A stretch of DNA of 45,720 nt, taken from NCBI GenBank assembly GCA_041497735.1, contig JBGQHA010000001.1, positions 1 through 45,720 of the forward strand, read 5' to 3'. The notes beneath the pieces were generated by a model. The model was not told where the DNA came from. It searched no databases and saw only the letters and a program-made list of their open reading frames with translations. This DNA comes from Dehalococcoidia bacterium (lineage in GTDB: Bacteria; Chloroflexota; Dehalococcoidia; DSTF01; RBG-16-68-14). How positions within the stretch are numbered: position 1 is the first letter of the stretch; each line of letters opens with the position of its first letter. Positions 7,719 through 16,489 of the stretch are shown in pieces. The translations under genes and the position numbers were made by a program.

Positions 7719-8996
7719 CTAGCGCCTATTCGCTGGAGTCAGCTCGATGACGTCGTTCGTTGGCGCAGTGTTCGGCTGCGAACGGGCTGGCCTGCGGTTG
7801 AAGACGTAGTTGAACCCATCGTTTGGTTGAAAGTCGGTTGTAAACGCTGCGCGTGAGACACCTTGCGCTCGCTGCCGCTTGTACTGGTCCCAGATGAGCG
7901 TGATGGGACAGTCGTAGCAGATGAGTGACTTTGCGAGCGGCGATGCGCCGGCGTGCGACCGGAAGAGCGTTCGCGCCTCGCGAAACTTGTCGTTGTTCCA
8001 AAGCTGGCGGAAGCTCGAAGCTGACAGCTCAGCGAGGGGGATAGCATGATCATTGCCGAACACGCCAAAATCGTCTTCCTTATAGTACGCGGCGCAGCAC
8101 GGCGCCGTGCCCCCATCGCTGTTGACGACCGCCTGCTGCCAGAGAAAGTGGCAGTAGCCGGGGTTGGGCTTTTGTTCGGGGTCGATAAACTCCTTGTTGA
8201 TATCCCAGTCAGGGCCGGCAACCCAGCCCTTCGACAGGGCAAACTCCATGTCGAGCTCCGCCGCCATTTGGCGGGCGGACTCGATCTCTTCCTTCGTCTT
8301 GTTGTGCGAGAAGATGTGGTACTCCCAGATCATATGCGGATACTTCGAGCCCAGCTTCTGCTTCGCGGCGTTTACCAGCTGAACGTTGCGCAATATCGTC
8401 CCGAGATCGCCGCGGACTCTGTACTGCTCATAGCTCTCCTGCGATGCGCCATCGAGCGATACGCCAAGCACCTGCAGACGTGCGGCCACGAGTTGTTCCG
8501 CGCGTTCTTCGTCGAACGGGAAGCTAAAATTCGTGCTGATGATGGTAGAGATGCCGCGGTCACTCGCGAGGCCTACCATGTCGTAGATGTTCTTATTGAG
8601 CAGTGGTTCACCCCAGTTGTAGAACTCGACGAGAAACAGCCTGTCGCCCAACTCGTCCAGAACCTTCTTGTACAGGGGCAATTGGAGCATCGTCTTGTCG
8701 CGGCCGATCTCGCCCGCTCCCGTGAAGCAATACGGGCAACGCAAATTACAAGCGTTGGTAGACTCTATCGTCAAGACAAGTGGCGAGCCGTAGAGCTTCA
8801 CGTGTCCGCGGCTTTTCTGGAAGCGGACCAAGTAGAGGTTGAGCAGGCGTGTTGGGGTCAGGCGGACACCTGGGTAATTGGGAACGCGCAGGAACGACAG
8901 CAGTTGGCGGTACGCATCTCGTCCCCAAGACACGGGTCTACGGACGAGTCGCCAAAGCTTTCCGAGCACAGCTGGTGCTAGGGAGCGTTTTTTCAT
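7719..8996 (-). CDS. Radical SAM enzyme with a SPASM/twitch-type C-terminal Cys cluster
   Basis: CNLRCPYC (CxxxCxxC) at about residue 83. C-terminal Cys-rich region CHFLWQQAVVNSDGGTAPCCAAYY ... LICYDCP. The gene is markedly lower in G+C than its neighbours (60/120 G+C at 8521-8640). Confidence 0.85.
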   Translation of the reverse strand: MKKRSLAPAVLGKLWRLVRRPVSWGRDAYRQLLSFLRVPNYPGVRLTPTRLLNLYLVRFQKSRGHVKLYGSPLVLTIESTNACNLRCPYCFTGAGEIGRDKTMLQLPLYKKVLDELGDRLFLVEFYNWGEPLLNKNIYDMVGLASDRGISTIISTNFSFPFDEERAEQLVAARLQVLGVSLDGASQESYEQYRVRGDLGTILRNVQLVNAAKQKLGSKYPHMIWEYHIFSHNKTKEEIESARQMAAELDMEFALSKGWVAGPDWDINKEFIDPEQKPNPGYCHFLWQQAVVNSDGGTAPCCAAYYKEDDFGVFGNDHAIPLAELSASSFRQLWNNDKFREARTLFRSHAGASPLAKSLICYDCPITLIWDQYKRQRAQGVSRAAFTTDFQPNDGFNYVFNRRPARSQPNTAPTNDVIELTPANRR

Positions 8997-9043
8997 GTGG
9001 CCTTAATCCTGGCGGGAGCGGGGGCCCGTCGATGCGGTGGCAA

Positions 9044-9073
9044 ACTTTAGCAAAGGCTGCGGTAACCTGTCAA
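9044..9073 (-). promoter_or_regulatory. Possible sigma-70-type promoter for the radical SAM operon (TTGACA-N18-TAAAGT)
   Basis: On the minus strand, a perfect TTGACA at 9073-9068 and TAAAGT at 9049-9044, about 45 nt upstream of the ATG at 8996. Confidence 0.3.
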
Positions 9074-9075
9074 CA

Positions 9076-9084
9076 TGCTATACT
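9076..9084 (+). promoter_or_regulatory. Extended -10 promoter element TGCTATACT facing the acyltransferase operon
   Basis: TGn + TATACT in the 233-nt divergent intergenic region, 146 nt upstream of the 9230 start. The same 9-mer occurs at 43407-43399. Confidence 0.4.
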
Positions 9085-9229
9085 TGCGTACCACGCAACT
9101 ATTCGAACTCAGCCGTTCCGCGGTTGTTACAGCGACGACGTGTCTCCGTTAGTGATGATGAAGGGCAGTTCATCGTTCGGCAGGGAGTCTGCGCGGCTGA
9201 GCGGCATGGTCTCCGAGATCTCTTCCTAA

Positions 9230-10507
9230 ATGGCGGCGCTGGCGGTATCCGCCGAATCGAGCGGCCGGCCGGGCGAGGCCAGCAACGCCCGCCACTTGCC
9301 GGTACTCGACGGTCTACGTGGTCTCGCGATCCTGCTCGTCATGCAGCACCACTTCTGGGGTTTGGCGTTTGGTCTGGGCGGCCGGGCTCCGACGCTCGCG
9401 ATTGACCTCCATATGCGCGCGCTCTTCGCCGTCGGCTGGTCGGGCGTCGACCTCTTCTTCGTGCTCTCAGGTTTTCTCATCACGGGTATCCTTTGCGATG
9501 CGAAACGATCCAACTTCTATTTCCGCAACTTCTATGCCCGCCGGCTGCTCCGCATCTTTCCGCTCTATTATGCGTTCCTAGTGTTCGCGCTGTTCTTGTT
9601 GCCGAACTTCCATAGACTGGTGGGACCCGACCAGGTGAGCCAGTTGCGCGCGAGCCAGTTCTGGTACTGGACGTATACGATGAACATCGGGTCAGCGGTG
9701 AAGCAGTTCCACACCCAAGTGCCGATCGTGCATAGCCAGTTTTGGTCGCTTGCAGTCGAAGAGCAGTTTTATCTGGTCTGGCCGCTCCTTATCCTCCTTC
9801 TCAGCCGCCGAACGATGACGGTGGTGTGCGGGGTCCTCGTCGGCGCCGCGCTCGCTGTTCGCTTCGTCCTTGTGGATCCGATAAGCGCGTCATTCGCCAA
9901 CCTGAACGCGGCGCACGTCTTGCTGCCGGCCCGCATTGACACGCTTGCGCTTGGGGCGCTGATTGCGCTCATGGTGCGCGGGGGAAGCGACCTCATCCCA
10001 TTCCGTCGATATGCGTTTCCCGTTGCTGCTGGGTCGCTGTTGGTGCTCACGGTTCTCTTCGTTAGGCACCATGGGTTATCCGTGCTCGATCGGGACGTCG
10101 CGACCATCGGGTTTTCCGCGTTGGCGCTGTTCTTCGCCGCGTTACTGCTGCTCGTTGTGTCATCTGTGCCGGGCTCGGCGCTCCATCGCGTCTTTACGTC
10201 GTCTGGCCTGAGGATGCTGGGCCGTTATTCGTACGCGATCTACGTCTGCCACCTGCTGCTGGCGTTTGAGCTCGCCGCCGAGTTCGTTCGCCACGATGTT
10301 TCACGCACGGTCTTCGGTTCGCAGATACCGCTGAACATCGTGTTCAGTCTGGTCTGCACGGCCGGGTCCATCGCAGTCGCCTGGCTGAGCTGGCACTTCT
10401 TCGAGAAGCAGGTCCTGAAGCTGAAGCGATACGTGCCGTACGGGCGCCCGCGCCCAGCCGTTGAACGGCCGGCGGTGGCGGAGCGGCCGATGCTGGCGGC
10501 GCCATGA
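9230..10507 (+). CDS. Acyltransferase family 3 (OafA/YrhL-type membrane O-acyltransferase), paralogue 1
   Basis: LPVLDGLRGLAILLVMQHHF, GVDLFFVLSGFLITGIL, RRLLRIFPLYY, WSLAVEEQFYLVWP. About 10 TM segments. The start is uncertain. Confidence 0.85.
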   Translation: MAALAVSAESSGRPGEASNARHLPVLDGLRGLAILLVMQHHFWGLAFGLGGRAPTLAIDLHMRALFAVGWSGVDLFFVLSGFLITGILCDAKRSNFYFRNFYARRLLRIFPLYYAFLVFALFLLPNFHRLVGPDQVSQLRASQFWYWTYTMNIGSAVKQFHTQVPIVHSQFWSLAVEEQFYLVWPLLILLLSRRTMTVVCGVLVGAALAVRFVLVDPISASFANLNAAHVLLPARIDTLALGALIALMVRGGSDLIPFRRYAFPVAAGSLLVLTVLFVRHHGLSVLDRDVATIGFSALALFFAALLLLVVSSVPGSALHRVFTSSGLRMLGRYSYAIYVCHLLLAFELAAEFVRHDVSRTVFGSQIPLNIVFSLVCTAGSIAVAWLSWHFFEKQVLKLKRYVPYGRPRPAVERPAVAERPMLAAP

Positions 10508-10586
10508 CTTCGGGCTCCTGAGGCCGTCTCGTAGCATCAGGGTAGAAGCCGCGTTATGTTAGTGACGCCCCGCTGGAGCGCAGACC

Positions 10587-11816
10587 TTGGGCCAACAGGC
10601 GAACGAAGCGCTATCTGAACCCCGGCGCATCCCTGCGCTCGATGGGGTGCGCGGCATCGCCATTCTCCTGGTACTGACGTACCACTTTTCGTGGGCGCTC
10701 GGATTCGGAACGCAGTTCCCGGACCGCGCCCTCGGCCGGGTTCTGAGTGTCGGCTGGGCAGGGGTCGACCTGTTCTTCGTCCTCTCGGGGTTCCTCATCA
10801 CCGGCATCTTGCTCAACGCGCGTGAAGGCAGCGGCTACTTCCGCACCTTCTATGCGCGCCGGGTGCTTCGCATATTCCCGCTCTACTACGGCTTCTTGTT
10901 CATGATGATCGTGGTGCTTCCGGAGCTGCCGTTCCTGCGCGACAACCACGGGCTTCAGACCTTACGGCATCACCAGTTGATCTACTGGACGTACTTGTAC
11001 AACGTAGCGATCTCCCTTCATCCGGGCGTTGACCTTGGCCCCTACGCGAACGGGCATTTGTGGTCGCTGGCGATCGAAGAGCAGTTCTATCTGATCTGGC
11101 CGTTCGTGGTCCTCGTGCTCGGGCGGCGGGCCCTCGCCTCGTTTTGTGTTCTCTCCATCGTCGCGGCGCCGGTTATCCGGTATGGGTTGCTGCACGGCGC
11201 CGTTCCGGATCTCCAGAACGTCTTCGCCGCTTCAACCCTGATGCCGGCGCGCATGGATACGCTTGCCCTCGGCGCCCTGATCGCGGTGATCTACAGAGAT
11301 CCTGATCTCGTACGCAAGGCGGCTCGCTGGGCGCTTCCGGTTGGCGTGGTGGCGATCTCGGCGCTCGTGATCTTGGATCTCAACCGGCATGGGCTTTCGT
11401 TGCTGGATGAGAGAGTCCTTATGTATGGCCTCAGCGGTGTGACGCTAACCTTCGGTGCGGTTGTCATGCTGGTGGTCGGCGGCGTGCCTGGCACGCTCCA
11501 GTCGGTCATGGCAAATCGCGTGTTGACGTTCTTCGGCAGGTACAGCTACGGTCTCTACGTCCTTCACTTCCAGATCATGGAGGAGCTGAAGAAACAAGCG
11601 GCGAACCATGACTGGGTCCGTTCTGTCGGGGGATCGTTCATTCCGTTCGACTTGGCGTTTACGGCAGTGGCGTTGACCCTCTCCGTCTCAGCCGCGTGGC
11701 TGAGCTGGCAGCTCTTCGAGAAGCAGGTCCTGAAACTCAAGCGGTACGTACCGTACGGACGGAGGGCCGCGATCGAGCCAATTGGCCGCCGCCAGCCGAC
11801 GCTACCAGCGCGATGA
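10587..11816 (+). CDS. Acyltransferase family 3, paralogue 2
   Basis: TTG start per the track. IPALDGVRGIAILLVLTYHF, GVDLFFVLSGFLITGIL, WSLAIEEQFYLIWP. The C-terminal WLSWQLFEKQVLKLKRYVPYG is nearly identical to paralogue 1. Confidence 0.85.
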   Translation: MGQQANEALSEPRRIPALDGVRGIAILLVLTYHFSWALGFGTQFPDRALGRVLSVGWAGVDLFFVLSGFLITGILLNAREGSGYFRTFYARRVLRIFPLYYGFLFMMIVVLPELPFLRDNHGLQTLRHHQLIYWTYLYNVAISLHPGVDLGPYANGHLWSLAIEEQFYLIWPFVVLVLGRRALASFCVLSIVAAPVIRYGLLHGAVPDLQNVFAASTLMPARMDTLALGALIAVIYRDPDLVRKAARWALPVGVVAISALVILDLNRHGLSLLDERVLMYGLSGVTLTFGAVVMLVVGGVPGTLQSVMANRVLTFFGRYSYGLYVLHFQIMEELKKQAANHDWVRSVGGSFIPFDLAFTAVALTLSVSAAWLSWQLFEKQVLKLKRYVPYGRRAAIEPIGRRQPTLPAR

Positions 11817-13282
11817 CGACTCCCGTCCTCGATGGCCACGACGGCTCGCAGGGCGTCGTCGAACGCGCCCAGCGGCTGGTCGGGGTGCCTCACCTTGTCC
11901 TGGCGCTCATCCTCGCCTTCGGCTGCATACTCTACTTCTCGATGCTCAACGATTGGTTCCAGACGGACGACTTCATCTACCTGCGCGTCGCCCAGACACA
12001 CGATTCACCCGCCTACCAGCTGCACGCCTGGAACTTCTATGCAGACCGATCAGACGGGCCGATATCGGGGTCGCAGGGCAAATACCAGCCACTGTACGAG
12101 ATCGGCATCGTTAGCGAGGCGAAGGTCTTCGGGCTGCATGCGCTGCCGTACCATGCGGTGAGCCTGGCACTCCACCTGACCAACGCCGCCCTCGTGTGGT
12201 TCGTCGTCATGAAGGTGACCAAGAGACAGCTGGTCGCGCACCTTGCCACGCTGATCTTCGTGGCCCATCCAACGTACGTCATAGCTGTGTCCTGGATCTC
12301 CGACCAGGTCGCGCTCGCAGCCACCACCTGTGCCTTGTTCTGCGTTTTGTCGTTCACCAAGTCGCTGGAGCCGGGCAGGAACGCCCGCCTCTGGTACGCC
12401 GCCTCCATCGCGAGCTATCTCGCAGCAATCTTCTTCCACCCGAAGGTCGCCGTCGTGCCCGTCGCGCTCGCTGCATACTACTTCTTCGTCTACTCCACAG
12501 ATCTGCGGGGACTGACCTCGCCGCGCAGCTGGCTGCGGTTTACGCCGTACGTTGCAGTGGCATTCTTCCCGTTGGCCGCCAACTACTGGCTGCGCGATCA
12601 ATCCGTGTACTGGCACGGCGCGAACGGGGTCGGCCCGCACATCTACAAGAACTATGTGCAGTACCTACGCATGGCCCTCATCCCGGACCCGTGGCTGCAC
12701 GGCGCCCGGCTGGGAGCCGTCGCCTGCGGGGCCTGGCTGTCCATCGGCCTGTGGCTCTTGCGGGACCCGCGCTACCGCAGTGTGGGCGTGCTGGCCCTGG
12801 CCTGGCTGGTTGCCGCCATCTTCCCGCTCACCACCTTGACGTCGGGGGCGTACAACCGAGAGCTCTACGTCGCCGGGCCCGCCGTAGCGTTGACGCTCGC
12901 ACTCTTCTTGGTAAGCGTGCTGGACTGGCTACCGAAGCAGGCGGCCACGAACATGCTGGCTTTCGCGGTTGTCGTCGTCCTGTTCGCCCTCGTTTCGCGA
13001 CGGACGATCATGAACGAAAGCGCGTTCGCGGGCAACGCCGCGGAATCGCGGGATTTCATCGAGAGGCTGCGGGAGACGTATCCTGCGCTGCCACGTGGCA
13101 CTTCTGTCTACGTTGTCGGCACACCGAGCAGCCTTCACATCTTCGGGGACGTCCACCTCAATGCGCTCGGCCAGGTCTACTACGGTGACATCCCATTCAT
13201 CACTGTCTCGGAGGTTGACGCTGAGGCGATCGAGCGGTCCGGGCAGCCCAACGCGTTCGTCTTCCGTTACGCGCCGCCCTGA
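11813..13282 (+). CDS. Polytopic membrane protein, GT-C-like (PMT/TMTC-type) putative glycosyltransferase
   Basis: The ATG at 11813 overlaps the upstream TGA (ATGA); the track ORF from 11696 is an extension. First-loop motif WFQTDDFIYL, then YQPLYEI ... LPYHAVSLALHLTNAALVW, as in PMT_2/TMTC-like proteins. Many TM helices. Confidence 0.6.
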   Translation: MTTPVLDGHDGSQGVVERAQRLVGVPHLVLALILAFGCILYFSMLNDWFQTDDFIYLRVAQTHDSPAYQLHAWNFYADRSDGPISGSQGKYQPLYEIGIVSEAKVFGLHALPYHAVSLALHLTNAALVWFVVMKVTKRQLVAHLATLIFVAHPTYVIAVSWISDQVALAATTCALFCVLSFTKSLEPGRNARLWYAASIASYLAAIFFHPKVAVVPVALAAYYFFVYSTDLRGLTSPRSWLRFTPYVAVAFFPLAANYWLRDQSVYWHGANGVGPHIYKNYVQYLRMALIPDPWLHGARLGAVACGAWLSIGLWLLRDPRYRSVGVLALAWLVAAIFPLTTLTSGAYNRELYVAGPAVALTLALFLVSVLDWLPKQAATNMLAFAVVVVLFALVSRRTIMNESAFAGNAAESRDFIERLRETYPALPRGTSVYVVGTPSSLHIFGDVHLNALGQVYYGDIPFITVSEVDAEAIERSGQPNAFVFRYAPP

Positions 13283-13298
13283 CCTGGCCTGCTGGCCT

Positions 13299-13331
13299 GC
13301 GGGCGCCAAGTGCTGCACTGTGGGCGCCCGC
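13299..13331 (+). terminator. GC-rich hairpin downstream of 11813-13282 (terminator-like, weak U tract)
   Basis: GCGGGCGCC (13299-13307) pairs with GGCGCCCGC (13323-13331) around a 15-nt loop. It starts 17 nt after the stop codon. Confidence 0.35.
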
Positions 13332-13350
13332 GCGCGTATTCTCCAGGCCA

Positions 13351-13361
13351 TGCTATATAAT
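13351..13361 (+). promoter_or_regulatory. Near-consensus extended -10 (TGCTATATAAT), placed for a leaderless or near-leaderless transcript of 13370-14722
   Basis: TATAAT ends at 13361 and the ATG is at 13370 (8-nt gap). There is no SD sequence between them. Confidence 0.5.
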
Positions 13362-13369
13362 GGCGCCCA

Positions 13370-14722
13370 ATGGCAGACATAACGCACGAGAGCGGGTGGC
13401 AGGCCCGCCTGCACGGCGTAACAAGAATCAACTGGCTTGTTTGGCTGCTGCTCACAGCGGTGCTCTTGCACCTGCTGATGATGGGATCCCTCTTCTGGGG
13501 CTACCTCAACCCGTTGTCCTATCAGACGCACCGCGCGGGGCAGGCGCTTGACTTCTTTTCCATCTACGAGGCGGGTCATAAGGCCCTCCTCAACCGGTCG
13601 TTTTATGATTCCGCGCTCGGCGACACGATGGTGCGGACACCCTATCACTCGAGTTACCGCTACGTTCCTGTGTTTGCCTACGGGTTCGGCGTGCCCGCCA
13701 ACGCGCTGCCCCCATGGCCGGCGTACTGGGGCTGGGTTGCGTTCAACGAGCTCTTGCTGGTCGTCAACGCATACGCGACGTGGCGCGTGGCCGGAAAGAG
13801 CTCGTGGGGGGTAGTGGGCGCGGCGATGTGGTTCGTGTTCACGCCGATCTACGTAGAGTTCTACGACGGGCAGTTCTCCTTCCTGATGGCAACCTTCGTG
13901 CTGTGGATGGGCATCGGTCTTCTGCGGCAGAAGGAACTCCTGACAGGCGCTTCATGGGCGCTCTCCTTGGTGACAAAGAGCAACACGGTACTCGTGGCGC
14001 CGATGCTTTTCCGCATCGGTTGGTGGCGTGCGCTGGTGTTGGGGGCTGCTGTTGCCGCAGTCAATCTCCCGTACTTCATCTGGCGCCCCGCCGATCTCGA
14101 GTTCTTCTGGCGCGCCAGTGTCAACGACTCGCTCACGCATCCTATCTTCCGTCCAATGCTCTACACGCCCGCCAATCACGGCCTGCTTTCCTTCTTCAAC
14201 AACGCCTACCTAGCCTCCCATTCAGCTGCTGTCGATGTGTCCCACGCCTTGCCCCTCGTGCTGACCTTCGTCATCATCGGTTCGTCTCTCGCCGTCACGT
14301 TCCTCGCTCGCCGCGCCGACCCGCTGCTGTTGCTCGCCACTTGGGTGACGGCGTTCTTTCTATTCGACGGGTGGGTACCGGAGTACCACTACGTTATGCT
14401 CCTGCCGGTGCTGGTGCTCCTCGTCGGACACCGGCCCGGCTTGCGCATCCCAGCGCTCGCCGTGTTCGTGGCGCTGGCCCTGCCCACGCCCTACTGGCTG
14501 TTGAATCACGTCTGGAACACGAGTGCCGTCCCCCCGCCGAGCATGTTGGACCCAGTCCAGCTGAGCTGGCCCGCATGGGGCGTGGTCTTCTATCACGCTG
14601 CGAAATCGCTACCAACGCTCGCCCTGTGGTCGTACCTCGTAGCTGTGCAGTGTCGAGGTGGGACTCACGGTCGCACCCTTCGCACGAGTCCTGACATCGG
14701 CCCAAGGGCTGGAACCGTATAG
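13370..14722 (+). CDS. Polytopic membrane protein, DUF2029/GT87-like putative glycosyltransferase
   Basis: 450 aa with about 11 hydrophobic helices. Early loop ALDFFSIYEAGHKALLNRSFYD resembles GT87/DUF2029 proteins. Has its own consensus-like promoter immediately upstream. Confidence 0.55.
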   Translation: MADITHESGWQARLHGVTRINWLVWLLLTAVLLHLLMMGSLFWGYLNPLSYQTHRAGQALDFFSIYEAGHKALLNRSFYDSALGDTMVRTPYHSSYRYVPVFAYGFGVPANALPPWPAYWGWVAFNELLLVVNAYATWRVAGKSSWGVVGAAMWFVFTPIYVEFYDGQFSFLMATFVLWMGIGLLRQKELLTGASWALSLVTKSNTVLVAPMLFRIGWWRALVLGAAVAAVNLPYFIWRPADLEFFWRASVNDSLTHPIFRPMLYTPANHGLLSFFNNAYLASHSAAVDVSHALPLVLTFVIIGSSLAVTFLARRADPLLLLATWVTAFFLFDGWVPEYHYVMLLPVLVLLVGHRPGLRIPALAVFVALALPTPYWLLNHVWNTSAVPPPSMLDPVQLSWPAWGVVFYHAAKSLPTLALWSYLVAVQCRGGTHGRTLRTSPDIGPRAGTV

Positions 14723-14764
14723 TTAGGAATCGGAGTCGCCCAGCCGCAGAGGGGTTAGTCGAGC

Positions 14765-15682
14765 ATGGACCGATTGCCGAGCGTCTATATCGTCGTCGTG
14801 AATTGGAATGGGTGGCAGCACACGGTGCGCTGCCTGAAGTCTTTACAGGCGCTCAACTATCCCGACTACCAGGTGGTCACCGTCGATAACGGTTCGAACG
14901 ACGGCTCAGTCGAACGCATCCGCGCGGCGTTTCCAGCGATCAACGTCATCGAAACGGGAGCGAACCTCGGCTTCGCGGGCGGAGCCAACGCCGGCATCAG
15001 GGCCGCGCTGGAGCGTGATCCGGCGTACGTCTGGCTCCTGAATAACGACGTGGAAGTGGAGCCCGACACGCTGACACAGCTTGTCGATGCCGCCCGCGCG
15101 CATGAGCGGGTGGGCATCGCCGGCCCCTCGGTGTGGCGCCCGCCCGCCGGCGGCCAGGCGTCGATGGAGCCGGCAGCCTTCGTCTGGCATGGCGAGTATC
15201 GAGCCGCGACCGCTTGTCCAGAGCAGACCGGACAGGAGCCGTTCCACCTGGTGGACGATCTTGCCGGCAGCAGCATGCTGCTCGACGCGGCGATGTTGCG
15301 TGAGATCGGATTGCTCGACGAGCGCTTCTTCCACTACTGGGACGATGTCGAGTTCTGTGCGCGAGCGCGCATGGCCGGCTGGCTGGTCGGGCACGCATGC
15401 CGGCCGCACATCTGGCATGTCGTGGGCGCGACGGTACCGACGACGAGCGCGCAAGCGCAGTACTACTTCGTGCGCAACTGGCTCTTGTTCGCGCGCTGGT
15501 CAGGCCGCGGCGGGCTGCTCACGATGTTGCGGCGCGCTCCGAGAATGACACTGGGGCTGGTCCTCGGCCGGCGCTGGCTGCTGCGCGGGAAGTGGCGCGT
15601 GTCGGTCGCCAGCCTGACGGGCGCTGCCGACGCGCTGCGCGGGCGCTACGGACAGCGAGAGCTGCCGCGTTGGCTGCGCTAA
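14765..15682 (+). CDS. GT2 family glycosyltransferase, WbbL-like (candidate rhamnosyltransferase)
   Basis: VYIVVVNWNGWQHTVRCLKSLQALNYPDYQVVTVDNGSNDGS, NLGFAGGANAG, LLNNDVEV, YWDDVEFCARARMAGW. GAGGGG RBS upstream. Confidence 0.85.
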   Translation: MDRLPSVYIVVVNWNGWQHTVRCLKSLQALNYPDYQVVTVDNGSNDGSVERIRAAFPAINVIETGANLGFAGGANAGIRAALERDPAYVWLLNNDVEVEPDTLTQLVDAARAHERVGIAGPSVWRPPAGGQASMEPAAFVWHGEYRAATACPEQTGQEPFHLVDDLAGSSMLLDAAMLREIGLLDERFFHYWDDVEFCARARMAGWLVGHACRPHIWHVVGATVPTTSAQAQYYFVRNWLLFARWSGRGGLLTMLRRAPRMTLGLVLGRRWLLRGKWRVSVASLTGAADALRGRYGQRELPRWLR

Positions 15683-15709
15683 GCGCAGACCGGCTAGACT
15701 GACGGAAGC

Positions 15710-16489
15710 ATGACGATGAATCTGCGCTCGCAGGCGATCCTGAAAGCCTTGCAGCACGTTTCCACCGCCTTCCCAGAAGAGCCCCTCCATGTTGTTGAGG
15801 TGGGCTCGATGTACAACGAACACGAAGGTCTGTCGACCTACTTGATTGCGGATGTGCTCGCCAAGAGGGCCGGAAAGAGCCGCTTCATCAGCATCGACTG
15901 GGACCCGGAGCACATCGAGGCGTGCAGGGCGATCATGCGCAAGCGCAACGCCGCGCTCGTAGAGGCTGTCGAGTTCCGCGAGGGCCACAGCCTGCGCTTT
16001 CTACCGCCAGTGCTGGCCGAGTTGGGGACGGTGCACTTCGCGCTACTAGACGGCGGCGAGCATCCCGAAGTCTGCCTGGCGGAGTTCGAGCTGGTGACGA
16101 AGCACTTGGCGCCGGAGGGCGCGCTGCTGATCGATGACGCGCAACCGATCCCCCGCAAGCAAGACTATGCGCTCCAGCGTCCGCTCGGGAAAGTAAACCT
16201 GATCCTGCCAATGCTGCTGATCGAGGAGTATTTGCGACATCGCGGCGAGATTCGCGCCGCCGGCTCGGATACGAACGACTCCACGACTGTGCCGGACGCG
16301 CACTTCTTGAGCGAGCTGAAGGGCCTCGATCTCAACAACCGAGGTGCCGCGTTCTGCGTCATGGGCACCTGGCATCGCATGCTCGCCTATGGCAGCCCGA
16401 AGTTCGTCGAAGGCGCAGCCGAGCTGACCGACGTCGGGCTGATGCGCCGGGCGGCGCGCGGCGTGCTCGAGAAGCTGCGGCTCGGCTAG
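15710..16489 (+). CDS. Class I SAM-dependent methyltransferase (Methyltransf_24 / O-methyltransferase-like)
   Basis: VVEVGSMYNEHEGLSTYLIA ... FISIDWDPEHIEACRAIM ... LLDGGEHPEVCLAEFELVTKHLAPEGALLIDD. Its stop shares a CTAG with the convergent flippase gene. Confidence 0.65.
   Translation: MTMNLRSQAILKALQHVSTAFPEEPLHVVEVGSMYNEHEGLSTYLIADVLAKRAGKSRFISIDWDPEHIEACRAIMRKRNAALVEAVEFREGHSLRFLPPVLAELGTVHFALLDGGEHPEVCLAEFELVTKHLAPEGALLIDDAQPIPRKQDYALQRPLGKVNLILPMLLIEEYLRHRGEIRAAGSDTNDSTTVPDAHFLSELKGLDLNNRGAAFCVMGTWHRMLAYGSPKFVEGAAELTDVGLMRRAARGVLEKLRLG

Noticed and set aside
7719-9229. A RiPP reading: the radical SAM/SPASM maturase, a small ORF at 9155-9229 (MMKGSSSFGRESARLSGMVSEISS) as precursor, and the HprK-like kinase as a tailoring enzyme.
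   Set aside because: - The small ORF is on the opposite strand in the acyltransferase leader.
- It has no Cys and no core or leader features, and no RBS.
- The kinase is 28 kb away in another operon.
- Every neighbour is a sugar-pathway gene.

The idea is kept only as an alternative to be excluded by a homology-neighbourhood analysis.
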